From: Armatimonadota bacterium
GTDB lineage: Bacteria; Armatimonadota; SYMT01
DNA: 64,000 nt
NCBI GenBank assembly: GCA_041690135.1
Contig: JAWLHY010000005.1
Coordinates: 128,001-192,000, forward strand
Direction of reading: 5' to 3'
Shown here in pieces: positions 1 to 8,314 of this stretch. The notes under the pieces were generated by a model. That model ran no database searches and was not told the DNA's origin. It saw only the letters and a list, made by a program, of their open reading frames with translations. Each line of letters begins with the position of its first letter. Within the stretch, counting starts at the first letter, position 1. A program made the translations under genes and the position numbers.

Positions 1-1175
1 GGCAGGCCTGCTTCCCGGGCGATCCGGAGGGCCAGGGCATGCACCTGGGGGTCGATCCCGCCGGGTACTTCGAGAGCGAGGGCGCGCTCGTCGGCAGTGG
101 CGAGCTCCGCCAGCGGCGCGGGCGCCGCTGTGGTGCCTCCGAGGGTCACTTCATACTCGAAGGGGGCGGTCATCCCCCCGCGCACCGTGCGGCCGCCATC
201 TTGATCCCAGAGAAGCTCCGTGCCCTTTTCCACGGATACCGAACGGGTGCCCAGCGGCAGGAAGAGAAAGCCGGAATTGGAGACCAGTCGCGTTATGTGC
301 AGGCGCCCACCGTCCGTCCCACCGGTGGCGAGCGGGAGTGCGGAGCGGAAAAGCCGTCCTTCTATCTGCGGTCCCCAGCGGCCCTCTTCGTAGGTGTAAA
401 ACGTCAGTCCACGGAGGTGCGAGATATCTTGACGGTCTGACCCACCCTGGGCGTCGACTCGCAGCACGCGGTGGAGCGGCCCGCGCAGGTCGCGTGTGGC
501 GCCGAGCCGCGGGTCGGTGGAGAGACCGGTTTCGTCGGATGGATTGCCGAACAGGAGATCGTTCGACCAACGGGTGATCTCACCGCGCCAGATCCAGAGC
601 CCGTAGAACCCGGCCCCGCCTGTTCCGAGCGCCAGGACGGTCGCGGCCACGCCTACGGCCAGTGTCGGTCCGAATCGGCGTTCCGGTCGGGTTCCGCCTT
701 GTTCGGCGAACGCGTTCATCGCGCGGATCAGGAGCAGAAGATAGAGCGGCGCCAGGTACCGGATGTAACCGGTGTCCACCGTGTTCGAAGCCGCGAGGAA
801 GACCATCACGCAGAGGCCGGTGAGCTTGCCGGTTGGAAGTTGCGGCCTTCGGATCCAGCACTGCAGCGTCATTTCCACCGCGCAGTACTGGCCGAACCAG
901 TCCATGCTACGCCCGGTAAGGAAGGTGTCCGCGCCGCGGAAGCCGGGATCGTTGCCGGAAGTGAAGATGAGAGCGCCCGCCAGAAAGCGGATGATCCACA
1001 CGGGCCAGGTGCCGTTCTCCAGGCGCTGATCGGTGAGGTGCACCGCGACCAGGGCGACGGCCACGCCGAACAACACGGTGGAACGGCCGGTAGCGTACAG
1101 CGATCCCATCGCCAGGAGTGCAGTCAGTGTGAACAGCCAGTGTGGCGTGGTGGCGGTGCGGCTCTTTTCGTTCAC
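1..1175 (-). CDS. DUF3488/transglutaminase-like (TgpA-type) membrane protein, 3' end outside window
   Basis: Open frame from GTG at 1175 (GTGA overlap with the DUF58 stop) to the window edge: MNEKSRTATTPHWLFTLTALLAMG..., several TM segments, then GLSTDPRLG..LRG...VLRV..HLRGLTFYTYEEGRW typical of the TgpA N-domain; follows DUF58. Absent from the ORF track because there is no stop in the window. Confidence 0.7.
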   Translation of the reverse strand, partial: MNEKSRTATTPHWLFTLTALLAMGSLYATGRSTVLFGVAVALVAVHLTDQRLENGTWPVWIIRFLAGALIFTSGNDPGFRGADTFLTGRSMDWFGQYCAVEMTLQCWIRRPQLPTGKLTGLCVMVFLAASNTVDTGYIRYLAPLYLLLLIRAMNAFAEQGGTRPERRFGPTLAVGVAATVLALGTGGAGFYGLWIWRGEITRWSNDLLFGNPSDETGLSTDPRLGATRDLRGPLHRVLRVDAQGGSDRQDISHLRGLTFYTYEEGRWGPQIEGRLFRSALPLATGGTDGGRLHITRLVSNSGFLFLPLGTRSVSVEKGTELLWDQDGGRTVRGGMTAPFEYEVTLGGTTAAPAPLAELATADERALALEVPGGIDPQVHALALRIAREAGL

Positions 1176-2521
1176 AGCTCATCCACTCCCGCTTCGAAGC
1201 CGGCTCGCGAAATCACCGGCACCTCTCCCATTCCCGTGGCATCCAGCGCCGGATCCAGTGTGCAGGCGGAGTCGCGCACGACGATTACTTTCACCACGGC
1301 TCCGTGCTCGATCAGGCCGCGTACGAAGGAGCGCCGGGTCTCATTCCAATCCAGGAATACGCACACGATGGTGGTGATCTGGGCCAGGTGCTCGCCAATC
1401 TCCGGCTCGATCACGTCGAACGGCTCTTCGGGGTTCGCTTCGACGCAGGCCAGGATATCGAGGATCTGATCGAGGTACGCCAGGCCGCGACCGGCGGACA
1501 ACTGGTAGAGGTGGGGGCCCGCCGCGAACAGGTCGACGATGTATTCCTGGCGCGACATGTAGTCGCTCACGGCCGCACAGACGGAAACCGCGCGTTCAAA
1601 GGAAGCGTGTTCCGCTTCGGATGCTCCCGGATGGACGTGCGTGTCCAGGATGACGGCCGCGCGCAGGAAGTATTCTTCCCGGTACTCGCGCACAATAGGC
1701 ATGTTCAGGCGCGCCGTCGCCTTCCAGTCGATGTCGCGGATGCTGTCTCCATACCGGTACTCCCGGTTGCCGAGATACTCCATCGCGTCTCCCAGCACGG
1801 AGGCCAGGGCTACCCCTCCCGGTTGGTATCGGCGCCCACTGGCGATGGACAGGTGGGCGAGGCGGCGGAAGTGCGGATAGACCAGCAGCGTGGCGGGCTG
1901 CTTCACGATCTGGCGGACATAGACGAGGCCGAACGGGTATGCCGTTTCCACCCGGAAGCCTCGCAGCCGGTAGACGCCTCGCCGGGGACAACTCAGGTGC
2001 AGGCGGACCCGTGCCGTCTTGCCGTCTCGCAAATCTGGGACGGGCACGCCGTCCGGCGGAAGCGCGTCCACTTCCGCCGGGAGGCGTTGAGGCAACACCC
2101 GCAGCGGCAGGCCCGGCAGGCCGCCGGCACGGGTGATTTCCAGGTCCACCGGCAGCACTTCTCCCGCACAGACCCGGTCGTTGAAGCGAGCGCGCAGCTT
2201 GACCCGAGGCCGAACGACCGCGGCCACGGCGTAGGCAACGAGCCAGAACCCGATGATGTAGCAGAGCGGAATGTAGGTCTGGATCTCCAGCGAGCAGAGG
2301 GCGAAGTGGATCAGCAGAATCGTTGCCCAGAAGTATCCGCGACCGGCGGGAGTCAGTCGTTCGTTGTAGCCGCGCCAGAGCGGGCGGAAGAGGTACCCGC
2401 GGAAGTAGGGGTGGTGCACGCAGTCCTTCGCCGGGGAAAGCGGCGGGAAGTCCAGCTCACTCGCGCCGGCGCCGAGGAGCGAGGGAGGGAGGCGAAGCAG
2501 AAGCGAGCGGAGGCGGTGCAT
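1172..2521 (-). CDS. DUF58 domain protein (MoxR-associated, vWA-like)
   Basis: RRGVYRLRGFRVETAYPFGL, EYLGNREYRYGDSIRDIDWKATARL..PIVREY motifs. Confidence 0.9.
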   Translation of the reverse strand: MHRLRSLLLRLPPSLLGAGASELDFPPLSPAKDCVHHPYFRGYLFRPLWRGYNERLTPAGRGYFWATILLIHFALCSLEIQTYIPLCYIIGFWLVAYAVAAVVRPRVKLRARFNDRVCAGEVLPVDLEITRAGGLPGLPLRVLPQRLPAEVDALPPDGVPVPDLRDGKTARVRLHLSCPRRGVYRLRGFRVETAYPFGLVYVRQIVKQPATLLVYPHFRRLAHLSIASGRRYQPGGVALASVLGDAMEYLGNREYRYGDSIRDIDWKATARLNMPIVREYREEYFLRAAVILDTHVHPGASEAEHASFERAVSVCAAVSDYMSRQEYIVDLFAAGPHLYQLSAGRGLAYLDQILDILACVEANPEEPFDVIEPEIGEHLAQITTIVCVFLDWNETRRSFVRGLIEHGAVVKVIVVRDSACTLDPALDATGMGEVPVISRAGFEAGVDEL

Positions 2522-2577
2522 GGTAATTGTTCGATGGCCGGCGCGTGCGGTGTGTTCCGCCGGTTGCGCGCCTCCTC

Positions 2578-2587
2578 ACTATACAAT
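2578..2587. promoter_or_regulatory. Overlapping sigma70-like -10 hexamers on both strands (TATAGT on -, TACAAT on +)
   Basis: actatacaat in a GC-rich divergent intergenic region, ~57 nt upstream of the DUF58 ATG. Confidence 0.35.
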
Positions 2588-2606
2588 GCGTTTGCCGCCG
2601 GGTTAG

Positions 2607-2685
2607 CCACAGATTTCACAGATTGGAAAAGATTGAGGGCCGAGCCGGCTGAGAGAGTCCACAGATTTCGCAGATGGAAAAGATG
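2607..2685 (+). repeat. Imperfect direct repeat CCACAGATTTC(A/G)CAGAT(T)GGAAAAGAT x2
   Basis: ccacagatttcacagattggaaaagatt (2607-2634) and ccacagatttcgcagatggaaaagatg (2659-2685). Confidence 0.8.
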
Positions 2686-2920
2686 AGACGGAATGGGGAC
2701 GTCCACGTTGGCCCTGAAGTAGTGCGGATTAAGTCCGCTGTCGCCTGTCGCCCACTGGCAAGGCAACCCGCAAAGTAGGGGCACCGGCCCTGATTGCCCT
2801 CGTAAAGTAGCTGATGACCAATTGCAACGGGGTGGCGGCTCATGAGGGTGAAGCCGTCAAATCTGACGGTGGGTGTCTGGCGGTGAAGGGTAGAGACTCT
2901 CTCCGGCCGAACTTGATGAC

Positions 2921-4090
2921 ATGTCCCCTCCCCCATCCGCAGCACCTCTCGACCTGTTGATCCGGGCCGGTCGTGTTTTCTGCCCCGAGACAGGTACCGA
3001 CGGCCCGGGCGCGGTCGGGATCCGCGGGGGACGCATCGTGTCGCTTCCGGTGGACGCTGAGGTCGCGGCGCGGCGGGTGCTTGACTTTCCCCTGGGCCTT
3101 TTGCTTCCGGGACTGGTGGACCTGCACGCCCACCCGGCACGCGGGCAGTCGAAGTTCGGAGTCGATCCGGATGCCCATCTTCTCCCGCGGGGCACCACAA
3201 CGGTCCTATCGCAGGGGGATGCGGGTGCCCATAACTGGCGGGATTACCGGGACCGGGTGGTATCTCGGTCACGCACGCGCGTCCGCCTCGCGCTCAACCT
3301 GGCGGCGAGTGGCGAGGCCCGGCCGGGAGGGTCGCTGGAGGACCTGGCAGAGGCGGATATCGCTGCCTGCCTGCAGGCAGTGCGGGAGATTCGCGCAGAG
3401 GGCGGAGACTTTCTCTGGGGGATCTCGGTGAACACCAGCCCGGCCACCTGTGGCGCGTCCGACCCGCGGGAAGCATTCCACCGGGCGCTCCGCGTCGCGG
3501 AAGAAAGTGGTCTCCCGCTCCTGGTCGGAACACGTCGGCACCCGGATTGGCCTCTGGAGGAGCAACTCCCCCTCTTGCGGCCGGGGGATGTCGTCACCTA
3601 CTGTTTTCACCCGCTGGCCGAGGGAATTGTCGAAGCCGGACGGGTGCGCGAGTGCGTGTGGCGGGCGCGCGAACGCGGCGTGCTCTTCGACCTGGGGCAT
3701 GGCTGGGGATCGTTCAGTTTCGCCGTCGCCGAGGCGGCGGTCGGCGAGGGTTTCTATCCGGACACGGTATCGACCGACTTCTATGCCCGGCACGTGGGCC
3801 ATCACCCCATCCACGATCTACCCCGCACCGTCTCGAAGTTGGTGGCCGCCGGAATGCCGGAGAGCGAGGCTTTCCGGCGGGCGACACTGACGCCCGCCAG
3901 GGTGCTGGGATTGGAGGAGGAAGTCGGCACTTTGCAACCGGGCCGGTGCGCGGATCTGGTGGTGCTCCGGTGGAACTCGTCAGCCCCACCCCTCCGCGAC
4001 GTGCTGGGGCAGGAAAAGGCTGGTGGGTGTTGGGAACCGCTCCTGACGATCCGCGAAGGGGAAGAAGTGAAGGGCCATGAAGCGACGTGA
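2921..4090 (+). CDS. Amidohydrolase/deacetylase family protein (dihydroorotase-like, Atu3266/EF_0837-type)
   Basis: PGLVDLHAH, RGTTTV..GDAG, FDLGHG.GSFSF.VAE.A...GFYPDTVSTD, GTLQPGRCADLVV. Confidence 0.85.
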   Translation: MSPPPSAAPLDLLIRAGRVFCPETGTDGPGAVGIRGGRIVSLPVDAEVAARRVLDFPLGLLLPGLVDLHAHPARGQSKFGVDPDAHLLPRGTTTVLSQGDAGAHNWRDYRDRVVSRSRTRVRLALNLAASGEARPGGSLEDLAEADIAACLQAVREIRAEGGDFLWGISVNTSPATCGASDPREAFHRALRVAEESGLPLLVGTRRHPDWPLEEQLPLLRPGDVVTYCFHPLAEGIVEAGRVRECVWRARERGVLFDLGHGWGSFSFAVAEAAVGEGFYPDTVSTDFYARHVGHHPIHDLPRTVSKLVAAGMPESEAFRRATLTPARVLGLEEEVGTLQPGRCADLVVLRWNSSAPPLRDVLGQEKAGGCWEPLLTIREGEEVKGHEAT

Positions 4091-5018
4091 CTTGCTGGCA
4101 GCGTACGTGGCGGCGGCTACTCCGGCGGTACGCACCTGGGGTGCGGAGCCGGCGTTCCGCTTCTCCGCCGCGGAGGACCGCGTGGCGCTGAAGTGGGGGG
4201 ACGTGGTGTTGGCCACCTACGTTTACCGTGATGAGAAAGTCCTGCGGCCACACTTCGTCCATCTGCGCACAACGGACGGGCACCAGGTCACCCGTAATCA
4301 CCCGCCGATGCCGGGCCGCGATGCCGCGGACCACGACACGATGCACCCGGGCCTCTGGCTCGCGTTCGGTGATGTCAGCGGTCACGACTTCTGGCGCAAC
4401 CGGGCGCGAGTGATCCACGAGCGATTTACGGAGGCGCCGAAAGTAGTCGACGGCCGGGCGCAGTTTGCGGCGCTCCACCGGTATCAGACGATGGACGGAA
4501 AGCTACTCGGACGCGAGACGGCGCGCTTTTCCTTCCGCACGGAGAGGGATGGCTGGCTTCTATCGTGGGATTCGACCTTCGAGCCGGTCGAGCCCCTCAT
4601 TTTCGGCGACCAGGAGGAGATGGGTCTGGGGCTGCGGGTGGCCACGCCGCTCACGGTGTCGCAGGGAGGAACCATCGTCAACAGCGCCGGACAGAAGAAT
4701 GAGAGAGAAGTGTGGGGCCAGCCGGCGGACTGGTGTGGTTACAGCGGAACTCTGGAGGGCAGGCAGGCGGGCGTCGTGTTGATGTCCCACCGCGACAATT
4801 TCCGACGTCCCTGGTTCCACGCCCGGGACTACGGCCTGCTCGTCGCCAACCCATTCGGGCGAAATGCCTTCACCCGCGGCGAGCGCAGTGCTGTGCGGGT
4901 GGCTCCCGGCGAGAGATTTCGGCTGCGTTTCGGTGTGCAAGTGTTCTCCGCCCCCGTCGGAAGGCCCGTGAACCTTGCGCGTGTGTACGCGAGCTACGTT
5001 ACAGCGGAAAAGAAGTAA
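4077..5018 (+). CDS. PmoA-family (DUF6807-like) exported protein
   Basis: Tat-like MKRRDLL; DHDTMHPGLWLAFGDV.GHDFW, FGDQEEMGLGLRVA, WHARDYG-like WFHARDYGLLVANPFG. Confidence 0.8.
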   Translation: MKRRDLLAAYVAAATPAVRTWGAEPAFRFSAAEDRVALKWGDVVLATYVYRDEKVLRPHFVHLRTTDGHQVTRNHPPMPGRDAADHDTMHPGLWLAFGDVSGHDFWRNRARVIHERFTEAPKVVDGRAQFAALHRYQTMDGKLLGRETARFSFRTERDGWLLSWDSTFEPVEPLIFGDQEEMGLGLRVATPLTVSQGGTIVNSAGQKNEREVWGQPADWCGYSGTLEGRQAGVVLMSHRDNFRRPWFHARDYGLLVANPFGRNAFTRGERSAVRVAPGERFRLRFGVQVFSAPVGRPVNLARVYASYVTAEKK

Positions 5019-5028
5019 CGCATAAGTC

Positions 5029-7509
5029 ATGCAAAAGCAACTCCTACCCCTGATCCCCCTCTGTCTCCTCGCTGGTAGCGCGCACGCGGCGCCTTCTGCC
5101 CGGTTTACCGATCTCCGCCACGCCTATGTCCGCGGCGAGACGGCCCGTCTGCACCTCGATCTGAAGGAAATGCCCGCCGGCGCCCAGGTGCGGTTCGACG
5201 TGTCCGGTCGGTTGGAACAGGCCGTTCCCGCGGCGGGTGCGGTGACCTTCGCCCTCGATACGGCGTTGTTGCGGGCTGCCGATTACGACGTGCGGGCCGT
5301 GGTGACGGCGGATGGCCGAGAGGTGGCGCGGGCCGAGTTCCCCCTTTCCGTGGTTCCGGAGCCGAACCCGCAGCGGTACCCGGTCTATCGGTGGGGTGGC
5401 ATTCCGGTGGAAGACTATCCCTACTGGAAGGCACGGGGCTTTACGGGGTTCACCTACGTCAACTCGCGCGAGGTGCTGGCGGCGGACAGTCCGGCGGCCC
5501 AGGGCATCCGGCGCGCGCTCGACGAGGCCGCACGCCAGGGTCTCGATTTTGGGTGCTACCTGCATCCGCTCCTATCCCAACGCTGGGAGAAGATGCCCGA
5601 AGTCCACGCCCTGGGCGCGGATGGCAAGCCGCTTCCCCAGGTTTACCCCCGGGAGCCGCAGGTGCTGGAGTATGCGGAACGGGTCGCGGGCGCGTGGGCC
5701 GACCTGTTCGCGGAGTTTCCCGCCTGGCGGCATGGACTGCTCTCTTCGGAATACCAGTTGTTCACCAACTTCAGCCCGCTGGCGCAGCGTCTCGCGCGGG
5801 AAGAGGCCGGTGTCGAGCTCCCAACGGCCTACGTTGCCGGCAAACTCCCGGCCCAGCATCAGCCCCAGGAGGGCCTGATCAGCGACGACAATCCCCATTA
5901 CCGCTACATGAAGTGGTGGTACCACCAGGGGATGGGCGACGCGGTGCTCAATGAGCGGATGGCGACGCGGGTCCGGGCGAAACGACCGGACGTGTTGCTG
6001 TGGCACGACCCCTACCGGTTGGCGCCGGTCTTCGGCTCCCACAAGGGTATGGATGCGGTCTCCACCTGGACTTACGCCCATCCCGATATGCGCCGCCTGC
6101 TCTACACCACGGTGCTGCAGGCCGCCGCGCGCCCGGAGAAGCAGAAGGTAATGCAAACGGTCACCCTCTTCCTTTACGGCCGTTTCGCCGTGCCGTTGGG
6201 CGACTCCACCGCGGTTCTGGGGAACGACCAGCCGGGCAAAGACCCTTACTACACGGCCGGACCGGATTTCGCGCGCGAGGCGACCTGGCTCGCTTTCTCC
6301 CAGCGGCCGGACCTTTTGGGTTACTACGCGGCCGGGGCACTCTCCCCCTATCTGCGTGGACTGGACCCCGACATCGCCTCCCCCGAGACCTACGACGCCA
6401 TCGGCGAGGTCGTGCGGAGCCTGGTGGAGCCGTACGGTCCCATGGTGCTTCAGTCACGGCGTCCGCGTGCGAAGGTGGCCGTGTTGATGTCCGCTGCCTC
6501 TACCTGGTTCCCCTCGGGGTCGCGACTGGTCGGCTATCCGAACGAGCAGATCCTCCCCTACTGCTCCCTGCTGGCCATGAACCACGTGCCCTTCGAGGTC
6601 GTGCTCGATGACGACGTGGTTCAGGGACGGTTGGCGGAATACTCCGCGCTGGTGATGCCCCGTGCCTCCACCCTGACCCGCAAGATGCACGCGGAGATCC
6701 TGAAGTTTCGCGACCGGGGCGGCAAGGTGATCGCCGATGCCACCCTCCGGGCGAAGCTCCCCGGCGCTATCGTCACGAATTACGATTTCTCCCACCAGAC
6801 CCGTGTGGACGGGAAAGCCCTGGCGGAGAAGAGGGCCGTCACCGCCGTAGAAGATCGGCGCCTCACGGAAGGCTACGCGGCGGACCTGAAGAAGCATTTG
6901 ACTGGCCTGGAAGGCCTGGCCACGGCCGCCTCTCCACGGGTGGTCGTCAATACCCTGGAGTGTGGTGCAGCTAAGGCCGTATTTCTCGTCAACGACAACC
7001 GGACCTATGGTCCCCGGTTCGGGCAGTACGGGCTGCACATGGAGTCCGGTGTGCGGCTGGACACGGAAGCCCGCATCCGCGTTGAAGGTAGCCCGGTGAT
7101 CTACGATTCGCTCGCAGGTAAGGAAGTGGCGTACCGGCTCGACGGAAACCTGGCCGTGTTTCCCGTCTCGCTGCCGGCGGCGCGTGGCAAGCTCCTTCTG
7201 GTCTATCCGGAAGCCGTCGGAACGGTGCGGGTCGAAGCTCCGGCGGACCTCACGCCCGGGAAAGTCGCCCCAATCCGGGTGCGAGTGCTCGGTAAGTCGG
7301 GGAAGCCGCTGGCCGTCCCCCATCCTCTGAAGGTGGAGATAACGGATGCCCTCGGTCGGCTGAACGAACACAGCCGCACGGTCGCGTGTCAGAACGGCGA
7401 ATACGCTCTCTCTTTCCGCCCCGCATTGAACGACGCGCGGGGAACATGGACGGTCCGGGTTACGGACCTGGTGACGGGGCGCGTTACTTCCGCTACGTTT
7501 CAGCGGTAG
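5029..7509 (+). CDS. Secreted protein, putative glycoside hydrolase (GH42-like barrel plus beta-galactosidase trimerisation-like domain)
   Basis: Sec signal (..GSAHA), 826 aa; HVPFEVVLDDDV..GRLAEYSALVMP resembles the trimerisation/GATase-like domain; C-terminal Ig-like GTWTVRVTDLVTG. Confidence 0.5.
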   Translation: MQKQLLPLIPLCLLAGSAHAAPSARFTDLRHAYVRGETARLHLDLKEMPAGAQVRFDVSGRLEQAVPAAGAVTFALDTALLRAADYDVRAVVTADGREVARAEFPLSVVPEPNPQRYPVYRWGGIPVEDYPYWKARGFTGFTYVNSREVLAADSPAAQGIRRALDEAARQGLDFGCYLHPLLSQRWEKMPEVHALGADGKPLPQVYPREPQVLEYAERVAGAWADLFAEFPAWRHGLLSSEYQLFTNFSPLAQRLAREEAGVELPTAYVAGKLPAQHQPQEGLISDDNPHYRYMKWWYHQGMGDAVLNERMATRVRAKRPDVLLWHDPYRLAPVFGSHKGMDAVSTWTYAHPDMRRLLYTTVLQAAARPEKQKVMQTVTLFLYGRFAVPLGDSTAVLGNDQPGKDPYYTAGPDFAREATWLAFSQRPDLLGYYAAGALSPYLRGLDPDIASPETYDAIGEVVRSLVEPYGPMVLQSRRPRAKVAVLMSAASTWFPSGSRLVGYPNEQILPYCSLLAMNHVPFEVVLDDDVVQGRLAEYSALVMPRASTLTRKMHAEILKFRDRGGKVIADATLRAKLPGAIVTNYDFSHQTRVDGKALAEKRAVTAVEDRRLTEGYAADLKKHLTGLEGLATAASPRVVVNTLECGAAKAVFLVNDNRTYGPRFGQYGLHMESGVRLDTEARIRVEGSPVIYDSLAGKEVAYRLDGNLAVFPVSLPAARGKLLLVYPEAVGTVRVEAPADLTPGKVAPIRVRVLGKSGKPLAVPHPLKVEITDALGRLNEHSRTVACQNGEYALSFRPALNDARGTWTVRVTDLVTGRVTSATFQR

Positions 7510-7592
7510 CGGCGGAGGCGGGCCCTACCAGGATTTCTCCCCTCTGAAAACGAACGATGGGATGAAGGTGCGTTGGTGCCCGGGAGGACGCA

Positions 7593-8294
7593 TTGAAACG
7601 GTGGTGGAACCCCAAGACCTGCTTGCTGCTCGGCATCGGCCTGCTCACGCTCCTCATCCTGGGGGATTATCTGCGGAGTGTGCTGATCACCCCCGCCGGT
7701 AGCGCGGCCGCGGGCGGCGATCCAAAATACCGTCCGGCCTTCCGGGTGGGAGATGTGGCGCCGGACTTCTCGCTGCCGGACCGAGGCGGGAAGGTCCATC
7801 ATCTCCAGGATCTGGTGCGCCGGGATACGCTGCTCTGCTTTACGTGCGGGTGCGCCAACTGCCTGGACCTGCAGACTTACCTGGGCATCCTGATCAAGCG
7901 GATGGGTGAAGCGGCGCCGGATGTCATTTCCGTTAGCACCATGCCGCGCGACCGCGAGGAAACCTATTTCCGCGACACGCGCCTGAAGCAGAAGATCCTC
8001 TACGAGCCCAAAGAAGGCCCGGTGATGGACCTGTACAAGGGACATCCCTGTCCGCGGGTCTACCGGTTGAAGGGGGATCGCACCGTGGCGTGGATCGGCA
8101 CCTCTCCGGGCGACGTTCCCTACGTACAGGTCATCGGCAGCGAGCTGGCGGAGAACCTGGGCTTTCCGCCGGAAGGGCCTATCGGCCCAGGGGAGGCCGG
8201 AGCGCCGGGTGCGACGGAAACCTTGGCCCCTACCGGGAGTTTGCCGGAAAAGCACGAGGCTACGGGACGCTCGTCGGTCCGCGCTTCCCGTTAG
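7593..8294 (+). CDS. Membrane-anchored thioredoxin-fold redoxin (AhpC/TSA-TlpA-like)
   Basis: TTG start with GGAGG RBS; N-terminal TM; VGDVAPDFSLPD.GGKVHHL.DL; CFTCGCANC active-site region. Confidence 0.75.
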   Translation: MKRWWNPKTCLLLGIGLLTLLILGDYLRSVLITPAGSAAAGGDPKYRPAFRVGDVAPDFSLPDRGGKVHHLQDLVRRDTLLCFTCGCANCLDLQTYLGILIKRMGEAAPDVISVSTMPRDREETYFRDTRLKQKILYEPKEGPVMDLYKGHPCPRVYRLKGDRTVAWIGTSPGDVPYVQVIGSELAENLGFPPEGPIGPGEAGAPGATETLAPTGSLPEKHEATGRSSVRASR

Positions 8295-8314
8295 AGTGAA
8301 CAGAAGGAAGAGAG

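Noticed and set aside
2700-2870. Possible riboswitch (GGCAACCC..GGG, GGCCCTGAAG fragments, CCGTCA-aatc-TGACGG hairpin)
   Set aside because: The order and spacing of conserved elements do not fit the c-di-GMP-I or SAM-I consensus; an Rfam scan would settle it.
4077-5018. Methane monooxygenase implied by the PmoA family name
   Set aside because: Soluble exported beta-rich protein with no TM helices and no pmoB/pmoC; the family label does not indicate methanotrophy.
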